From Octopus sinensis (taxonomy: Eukaryota), in NCBI RefSeq assembly GCF_006345805.1, contig NC_042998.1, positions 100,998,001 to 101,062,000 of the forward strand: 64,000 nt of DNA, in the 5' to 3' direction. This document shows positions 54,535 through 64,000 of this stretch, piece after piece. Under the pieces are notes generated by a model. The model did not search any database, was not told where the DNA came from, and saw only the letters and a program-made list of their open reading frames with translations. Made by a program: the position numbers and the translations under genes. The stretch's first letter is position 1, and the number at the start of each line of letters is the position of its first letter.

Positions 54535-54915
54535 TACTTGCTTCAGCCATACTGGGGCATCACCTTGAAGAATTTTTAGTCAAATGAATGGACCTCGGTA
54601 CTTACTTTTTTTGTTGCTAGGCTTGGTACTTATTCTATCGGGCTTTTTTGCCTAACCGCAAAGTTACGAGGGCATAAATACACCAACACAGGCGGTGGTG
54701 AGGGACAAACACAGATACAAACACAAACACACACATACACACACATTCAGACACACATATGCGACTGGCCTCTTTCAGTTTCCGTCTGCCAAATTCACTC
54801 ACAATGCTTTGGTCGGCCCGAGGCTATAGTAGAAAACATTTGCCCATGGTTCCACTCAATGGAACTGAACCCGGAACCATATTGTTGGAAAGCAAGCTTC
54901 TTACCACACAGTCAC
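54535..54915 (-). mobile_element. SINE family A
   Basis: Alignment to family A. Confidence 0.88.
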
Positions 54916-55599
54916 ATATCATTCAACCTTAAAAATTACTGGTACTTATTTAGACGGCTTCGAGATATTAAAAAAAAAAGGAAACTTAATTGATACGTTA
55001 AATCTTTCAAATTACAGATCAAAGGCAGATGCCTGTTGCTACAGCATGTTTAATCCCAGCTTTAATTAATGTATTTGTTACATCACGTTTTAATCTCGTC
55101 TATCGTGTATTAGCATATTACCCAGTGTCTTAATCTCTGTTCATGTACATCAGACCAGTATATTGCATTCTGATTTGTCCTATGCCCTATTGGTCATCAA
55201 ATATCTTTTAAATACACACACACAAACACCCCCACACCCCCACAACCATACACACACATACACACACATCTCTCTAGTTATTATAAATCTTGTATGTTAA
55301 CGGTCGATTACAAAATATAATCAGGAGAATCTCCTAAAACCTCAGCAAATAGCTCGGAAGGAAATATTCCACATGAAAACCACATAACATTTTTCAGAAT
55401 TAAAGCAAATGTTCTTATTTCTATCTTATGAACATTTTTATACAAGGTATTCAGTCATTCTCACCATTGTCATACTAGTGTCTTGTGATTCTCAAAATGT
55501 CATTTAAATGTGGGCAAGTCGCCCAAACTGCTTACAAGTGGTTCTCATTACATTAATGCTTTTCTTCACCTTTTCGCTCTTTGAAAACTTAGTATCTAA

Positions 55600-55800
55600 G
55601 CTGGAAGGAGAGCGACGCTCTTAAAATTGTTTTCAAGCGTGAAAAAGCCTGATTTGTCCTTTTGAATAAAGAGACTCTCAACAGATATGGTTCCGTTATT
55701 TCTCGAAATGTTTATAATATAGCTGTTTCGTAATTTTTTTTTGTATTATAAACTATTTGATGAACTTCATTTTCGGATGGTAGGAGGATACATTTGTTTC
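55600..55800 (-). mobile_element. Possible PLE GIY-YIG C-terminal remnant
   Basis: ESLFIQKDKSG resembles the PLE ESLFI.K..P.LN ending. Confidence 0.3.
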
Positions 55801-56593
55801 AAAACATCTAAAAGCTTGATATTTTGTTTTAAAACATCTAAAGTTCAAACTAATCTGTCATTGCAACTAGTTTTGGACAATTCCACGTTATAATCTTTGA
55901 AGTGATCAGGATATTTTCGACTATATGTAAATAATACAGAAAATCTAGATTCATCACCGTTTCATGTTAGAGGTATCATCTGACAGAACAACTGTTGAAA
56001 CATTAGTTTACTCTGTATAGGTGTCCCGTCGAGAGAGTAGCTCAAATGAACGTGTTATGCAGTTATTGATGAGGTTCGCGAAACAGACTATAGGTTAAAA
56101 ATATATTAAGCGTTAACTGATGATTGCGCTTAATTAAACTTACTCTATTATGAGTACTCTCATATGTTTTATATAAATTAATTCCTGTTACACATGTATT
56201 CACACACACATATAGTACAGAGTTTTTAAATTATATGCACACGCATATAATTCCAAACTGATTTTCACATTATATTCTTTATATTTCTACAATTTTGCAC
56301 TATTACGTATCACAATATTACAATTACTTCCGTGTTTTTGTTATTAACAATCTTCAGGTAAATGCTTACAGAGTAGGAGCATTAACAAACAGCTAGTGTG
56401 CATTCCATTTGAGAAATGTAGTGAAACGTTCACATTCTTTAAATCGGAACGGTAACAATTGACATTGATGGCGTTTATCTATATTATCATTTTAACTAAT
56501 CATTTCAGCTAATAATTATTACAACTAAAAATTCTTCATTGAAGAGATGAGGAATTATGTACATTATTTACATTATTTTATTATTATTATTAA

Positions 56594-56665
56594 GGTCACT
56601 AGCTTGAATCGAACTCGGAATCTTGGGGTTAGTAGCCCGCGCTCTTAACCACTACGCCATATGCC
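56594..56665 (-). promoter_or_regulatory. tRNA-like type 2 Pol III promoter within the PLE 3' region
   Basis: A-box TGGCGTAGTGG (56649-56659) and B-box GTTCGATTC (56606-56614) at tRNA-like spacing; acceptor and anticodon stems poor. Confidence 0.7.
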
Positions 56666-56897
56666 CGTGGGCAACTATGGAGTGAATTTTAGGGCTTATA
56701 GATCTAATATTTTCTTATCCTTACTTAATACCGGTTCTCGTTTGCTACTCATATCTGCACCCGGTCTGCTTTGGAGGTTGTGTCCTAGCGTATGTGCTGT
56801 TTCTTTTAGTTTTCGTTGTTTCCAGTGGTGTTCTCTGTCTATTATTTTAAATTCATCCCACAGGGGGAGGTGGTCTCCATTTTTCCATATACGATCA

Positions 56898-57130
56898 CTT
56901 ATATATTTCTTTACTACCCACAAGGGGCTAAACATAGAGGGGACAAACAAGGACAGACAAAGGGATTGAGTCGATTACATCGACCCCAGTGCGTAACTGG
57001 TACTTAATTTATCGACCCCGAAAGGATGAAAGGCAAAGTCGACCTCGGCGGAATTTGAACTCAGAACGTAACGACAGACGAAATATGGCTACGCATTTCG
57101 CTCGGCGTGCTAACGATTCTGCCAGCTCAC
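56898..57130 (-). mobile_element. SINE family B inserted in the PLE GIY-YIG domain
   Basis: Splits DKSG from DRIWK; long-tail variant. Confidence 0.92.
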
Positions 57131-57580
57131 CCGATTTATCAATATCTCCTTGTGTCACAGTTTTGCGATGTTCGTCTAGCTTTATTTTGATGGAGCGGCA
57201 TGTTTCGTCTTTGTATAACCTACCACAGCTGAATGTAGTACACGCAGTCTTTGGTCATATTTTCTTCCATTGGTGGTTTTACTCGAAGGAGATATTTGTG
57301 AAGTGCTGTAATACTCTTGACTACTGTCCTGATGTCACATGGGCTGCATATCTTTTGTATCTTTTCGGAGAGGCCTTTCACATAGGGTAGACAAACAGTT
57401 TATTGGTTTCATCTTCTCTTTTCTTCGTAATTGGAGTGGGCAGTATGTTTTTGGGGTAGTTGTTGCTTAATAGATTGTTATTGAGCTTCATCATTTTTTT
57501 TATTCCAGTGTATCACGATCGCTACTTATATTCTTTGCTCGATGTTTTAGGCACTTAGCAATCCCTCTCTTTACATGGTA

Positions 57581-57595
57581 TTCTAGGCAGTGATC

Positions 57596-57642
<47 letters not shown>

Positions 57643-57803
57643 TAATAATAATAAAAATAATAATAACAGCATGGAATGAGAACCCAGGTTCAAAATTTCC
57701 CCAAGACACCTAATGAAGGCTGGAGGGTATATCAGCCGAAACGTTGTGTTAACAACAAAGATGAGGACAAATATCCGTCAAGTGTAAATAATGTAAATAA
57801 TAA
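57581..57803 (+). mobile_element. Inverted copy of the PLE terminal repeat
   Basis: CAGTGATCTT(AAT)n...AAATAATGTAAATAAT mirrors the minus-strand TAGTGACCTT(AAT)n AAATAATGTAAATAAT at 56560-56602. Confidence 0.75.
57705..57750 (+). ncRNA. Minimal type I hammerhead ribozyme fold (core G5 to A)
   Basis: GACAC-CUAAUGA-A-GGCUG gaggguauau CAGCC-GAA-ACGU-U-GUGUU. Confidence 0.8.
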
Positions 57804-57811
57804 TTCTTTCT

Positions 57812-57975
57812 ACAATAGGTAGAAGGCTTGAAATTTAGTGGGTGAGGTATAGTCGATTAGATCGACCTCAGTGCTCAACTGGTACGTATTTTATCGACCG
57901 CGAAAGGATGAAAGCAGAATTTGAACTCAGAACGCAAAGACGGACGAAATGCTGCTGCTAACCATTCTGCCATCT
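57812..57975 (-). mobile_element. SINE family B with internal deletions
   Basis: Core and tail recognisable. Confidence 0.8.
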
Positions 57976-57999
57976 CTCATCGCTTTACGCTGTCCATTA

Positions 58000-58993
58000 A
58001 TAACACATAAAGGCAAAAAAGCTGCTGAGGCTCTCAAAGTTTATTGTGTTGATTGCTTAACAGAACGCACGTCAGAAGTAGTTTTAAAAATTCCGTTCTG
58101 GAGATTTTTCACTCAAAGATGACCAACATTCTGGTCGACCTACTGAAGTTGATAACCGAATCAAAGCCATAATTGAAACTGGTGGTCATATAACTGTGCG
58201 AGAGATTGCAGAGAGGTTAAATGTATCACACACAACAGTTGAAAATCACTTAAAATGTGTTGAACTCGTTAAGAAGTTCGATATTTGGGTTCCACATAAA
58301 TTGAAAGAGATTCATTTAACACAACGAATTAATATTTGCAACATGCATCTCAAACGCAATGACATCAATCGAAGACACAATAACATCAATCGAAAACGAT
58401 CATGGTCGAAGCGTAATGAACCAGCACAAAGCACATCGAAAGGTGAATTGCATAAAAAAGGTCATGCTGTCAATTTTGGTGGGATTACGAAGGTGTTGTG
58501 TATTTTGAGCTGCTTCCAAGGAACCAAACAATCAATTCAGATGTTTACTCTTAAACTGGAGGAAGGAATAAAAGAAAAACGGCGAGAATAGCGAATCGTA
58601 AAAAAATCGTTTTCTACCATAACAACGCTAGACATCACTCCTCTTTGCCAACTCGTGAAAAGTTATTGGAGCTTGGTTGGGAAGTGATGTCACATCCACC
58701 ATATAGCCCTAATCTTGCACCATCTGATTACCATTTATTTCGAAGTTTGCAAAATTCTTTGATTGGTAAAGCTTTCAATAATGATGATGATCTGAAATCG
58801 CACTTGCTTCAGTTTTTCGCTGATAAGGACCAGAAGTCCTATGAGCGCAGAATCATGAAGTTGCCAGAAAGATGGCAAAAGGTCATCGAACAAAATGGAA
58901 AATATATAATTGATTGAAGTTCATTCTTTGTATGAAAAAAAAATGACTTTTATTTCACACTAAAAAACTGAAATTACTTTCTTGCCAAGCCAA
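58000..58993 (+). mobile_element. mariner (DD34D-type) transposon, 5' end missing, decayed
   Basis: SGRP, WVPHKL, HPPYSPNLAPSDYHLFRSLQN and LPERWQKVIEQNGKYIID*; right TIR ...TTTCTTGCCAAGCCAA|TA; no left TIR seen. Confidence 0.92.
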
Positions 58994-59379
58994 TATATAC
59001 ACATACATACATGTACACATCTGCATACACACATGCACACATACATATACATACGCATTCATACACATTTTCGAAGACGATTTTATATATATTTAATTAT
59101 TCTGAAGAGCGATATACAAGAATCTCAATAATATCGAAGAATTCAATGAAAATGAATGAACGAAACGTTGTTGAATATGGTATGCTTCCGGTTAATGTTG
59201 TAGGAGTTAGCTATTGCATTTACTTCACTAATATCCTTGGGAAAGTAACAAAAGTCTTTAATTTTCAATTCCCCACATATTTGTGTCAAAGTGACTGCTT
59301 ATCCTCTGATGGACACTTGTAATTATGAATGCTCTGTCAATTGCTTCTCATTATTGCACTGGCACTTGAGATTTGTACA

Positions 59380-60360
<981 letters not shown>

Positions 60361-60633
60361 GTGTTTGTGTATTTTAAAATGTATGTGTTTATGTGTATGT
60401 AGTTACTGTTGTAATAATAGTAGTAGTCGTAGTAGTTGTTGTTGGTGTTCCTCCACGTCCTCTTCCTCCTCCCCTTCCCCATCGTCATATGCTGCTGCTG
60501 TTGCAACACTACTCCCTCGCCCCTCACACACACAGACAACACACATACATAGAATTACGCACACACACATACACACTCCCAAGCATACACGCACACATAC
60601 TCACAGACACAAATGCACGCACACACACAAACA

Positions 60634-60671
<38 letters not shown>

Positions 60672-61239
60672 CACACACACACACACACACATACACACAC
60701 TTACCTAACTCGGCAAGTAAATACGGTGACACGTTTCAAGAATCAGCAATGTTAAAGGAAACCTAAAAAAACTAGAGTTGTATTTTATTTTTTATATTTG
60801 GCTTTTAGAAAACAAAAACAGCAAAAAAAAAAGAAAAGAAAAGAAAACAAGTGTGGGACATATTCGTATTTTTTTAGAAGGGGAAATATTATTACTTTTT
60901 TTATTATTAATGATGAATGTTTTTTCTGTGAATCGTCGGAAAAGACGAGGAAAAGAAACGTTTTATATTGATTTGGCAGTTACTAGCTGTCATTGCAACT
61001 TAACTATTTACAAACTGAAAATAAAAAAAATTTGCACAGAGTAAAATATACTTAAATGTGATGTATGTGTGTTTGCGTGACTGTGATCATATATCTACAC
61101 ACACATACACACACACACACACACACATGCTCACACACGCTCACACTCCAGTTTTGAGTTCTATTTTTCCTGTTTGCATCACCAAACCTACATACATACG
61201 CACACATATGTATATGTGTTTATGTGCGTGCGTGTGTGT

Positions 61240-61283
<44 letters not shown>

Positions 61284-61297
61284 CACATGTGTGTGTG

Positions 61298-61370
<73 letters not shown>

Positions 61371-62104
61371 GTCTGTCTGTCTGTCTGTCTCGCTATTCAT
61401 CAATCTATACATACAGATCTGAATTAAATGGATGTGTCTAATTTAATTTAGAACAGCTGATTTAACAACGTTGCTGAATTATGGAAACTTTTATTTGGAG
61501 GGACTCCCATGAAGTGAAAAGTTGGAAGGAGGGAAGAATTATGTGCAAAGATATGCAAATGAAATTCTTAGAAATTTAGTTTCTTTTTATTCAAAGCGAG
61601 AGTAGATGTGTTTCCTGTCAATATTTCGTTGAGGTGCACCACAAAATTATTCTCTTTTCACTTTTGGTTTATTTCAAAAGATTACTTCCGTTTATGGAAA
61701 ACATATTACGGAAGGAAAAACGTTGTTAACGAAGCTCTATATCACATTTTCGTATTGCTTTTAAATGTTTGTGAAAGTTTAAAGAAAAAAGAACGAAAAA
61801 TATAACTAGATTGTAAGACGTGATAAAACAGCAACAGCATCCACAAACAGCAAAGAAACAAATATTTCTAAAGTAGAATTGGAAATAAATCATCAACCAC
61901 AAAACAGCTTCTGTACAATTTCCTATTGCAACCTAATATGATGTTTATATTTCTTTTGAATCTGTAATGTAAGTAAAAGAAAGTAGATACTCGAGGAAGT
62001 CGTCTTTGCAAAAGCACAAGGATCTACGTAGTCTCTCGGACAAGAGTAATTCGTTCTCGAATTACACTCAACCTTCTATAAAACGATAGACAAATTTGAT
62101 GAAT

Positions 62105-62272
<168 letters not shown>

Positions 62273-62411
62273 TTTTGGAAGTGCATGCCATAGTGATTAG
62301 AGTGTTGCACTCAAGATTGTTGTTTCGATTCCTGGACCGGGCAATGCGTTACCTTTGATCAAAATATTACCCCAGCACTCTCTGCTGGCAAAGATGATTA
62401 AATATATATAT

Positions 62412-62531
62412 CACCGTGATCACCGTGACCGACCAGGCTATCAGATGTTGCTACACATCGCTGGTCACAATACGCTTCGCATTGTTTTAGCCTTCAAATG
62501 ACGCCACCCCGCTGGCTAAGTGAGCAGGCCA
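62412..62531 (-). mobile_element. SINE family D, 3' part
   Basis: Reverse complement of ~44550-44660. Confidence 0.82.
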
Positions 62532-62589
62532 ATATATATATATATGAAATTATATATATATAGACACAGACGTAGCTGTGGGAATAAGC

Positions 62590-62751
62590 GCGCAGGTGTG
62601 GATGTGGGGTTAGAAGCTTGCTTCCCAACACATGGTTCTGGGTTCAGTCCTACGGCGTGGGACCTTTGGCGAGTGTCTTCTAAAATAGCCTCGGGCCGAC
62701 CAAAGCCTTGTGAGTGGAGTTGGTGGATGGAAACTGAAAGAAGTCCGTCGT

Positions 62752-62790
<39 letters not shown>

Positions 62791-63008
62791 CTATATGTTT
62801 GTATGTGTGTGTGTCTTTGTATCAGTGTTTAACTTGACAACCGGTGATGGTGTGTTTACGTCTCCGTAACCTAGCAGTTCAGCAAAAAACACCGATGGAA
62901 TAAGTACTAGGCTTACGAAATAAGTCCTGGGGTCGATTTGTTCGGCTAAGCTCTCAAGGCAGTGCTCTAGCATAGCCGCAGTCAAATGGCTGAAACAAGT
63001 AGAAGAAA

Positions 63009-63010
<2 letters not shown>
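62590..63010 (+). mobile_element. SINE family A
   Basis: Full head to tail, internal (TA)n. Confidence 0.9.
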
Positions 63011-63100
<90 letters not shown>

Positions 63101-63429
63101 GTGTGGGTATATCTGTGTGCATATATGTCTTTTTTCTTCTGTCATGTTTATGAAAAAGTAAATGCATTTTAAGCATATCTTCGCTAGCAGACTTAAAATA
63201 AAAAAAATGTCAACCAGACATGCTCTCGCAACCAACCAAAAACATTTGCACAGACAAAGCACACGAACTGTAAAAGTATATTAAGTGAAAATATGAACAG
63301 CCAACAATCCTGACGCAGATAAGAGTTTATTTGAAGATTTGTGTAACACAAACAATAACAATACACAGATTATCACATTCATACACGTATACGTACCCTT
63401 GTGCACATATACACAGACAAACAAACTCC

Positions 63430-63550
<121 letters not shown>

Positions 63551-64000
63551 TAGAAAACGCTTCACAAAGTGGAAATTCTCGAATTCAGATGACAGGAATG
63601 CACTATGGAAAGCTTGCTCTCTTTGCCCAATACTTTATCCAAGTGCACGATAGGATAAAGTTGAGCTTTGTGCATCCTCTAAAATGAATCAAATGAATCA
63701 AAATTAGCACTAGTTAATGTATGGGGCAATATTTTATTTATCGAACCAGTTGAAACGTGTACAATCTATCTGCTATCTCTTGTGTTCATCCTGTCTCCTG
63801 GATTTGTCCTTAGTTCCGAAAGGACACTTATGCGTCATTACATGGGTCAATGCAACACAAGGATGACAGCGAGGGGCATTGCCAGAAATACTAACAGGAA
63901 CACGGTCATGATCAAGATATTTCTCTATCAATAGACCACTCCAACTAATTTTAAACTGGTTCAGCCAGTTGACTATCTTCCTCCGTTCCAATCGGCGATA

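Larger units (their letters stand above)
56543..57585 (-). mobile_element. Penelope-like element, 5'-truncated: end of RT, GIY-YIG endonuclease, 3' terminal region
   Basis: KRGIAKCLKHRAKNI; LPYVKGLSEKIQKIC; DCVY..CGRLYKDETCRSIKIKLDEHRK; then, after the SINE, DRIWKNGDHLPLWDEFKIIDREHHWKQRKLKE; stop at 56696. Confidence 0.9.

Noticed and set aside
56055-56145. Hammerhead-like words TTGATGAGGTTCGCGAAAC and CTGATGATTGCGC
   Set aside because: Helix II/III cannot be formed and the cores are incomplete
56594-56665. Genuine tRNA-Ser(ACT) gene
   Set aside because: Acceptor and anticodon stems do not pair well; kept only as a Pol III promoter-like relic
59135-59180. GAAACGTTGTTGAA motif
   Set aside because: No CUGANGA core or helix II upstream

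Overview
AT-rich, repeat-saturated animal genomic DNA. The SINE families and very dense (TA)n/(TACA)n/(TCTA)n/(TAA)n microsatellites suggest an octopus or other coleoid cephalopod; this is an inference from family recognition, not a database result. I cannot support any host protein-coding gene, rRNA or genuine tRNA gene here, and most ORF-track entries are microsatellite translations or decayed transposon frames. The window holds: more than 30 copies or fragments of at least four tRNA-derived SINE families; about nine R4/Dong-type (restriction-like endonuclease) LINE remnants chained through (TAA)n tracts; a non-coding ~490-bp (TAA)n-flanked element in two copies; one L1/Tx1 LINE; one CR1-type LINE; three IS630-Tc1-mariner transposons (one DD37D, two DD34D-type); a probable Gypsy gag remnant; and several Penelope-like element (PLE) remnants. 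The most interesting signal is a set of minimal hammerhead-ribozyme folds at PLE-type termini (57705, 51443, 43771, 50035). One PLE (56543-57803) has a terminal repeat that combines a tRNA-like Pol III promoter, an (AAT)n tract and a hammerhead. Long inverted repeats occur at 9782-10040 (perfect 113-bp arms) and 5206-7549. Boundaries were read by eye and are approximate unless a TIR or TSD is cited.
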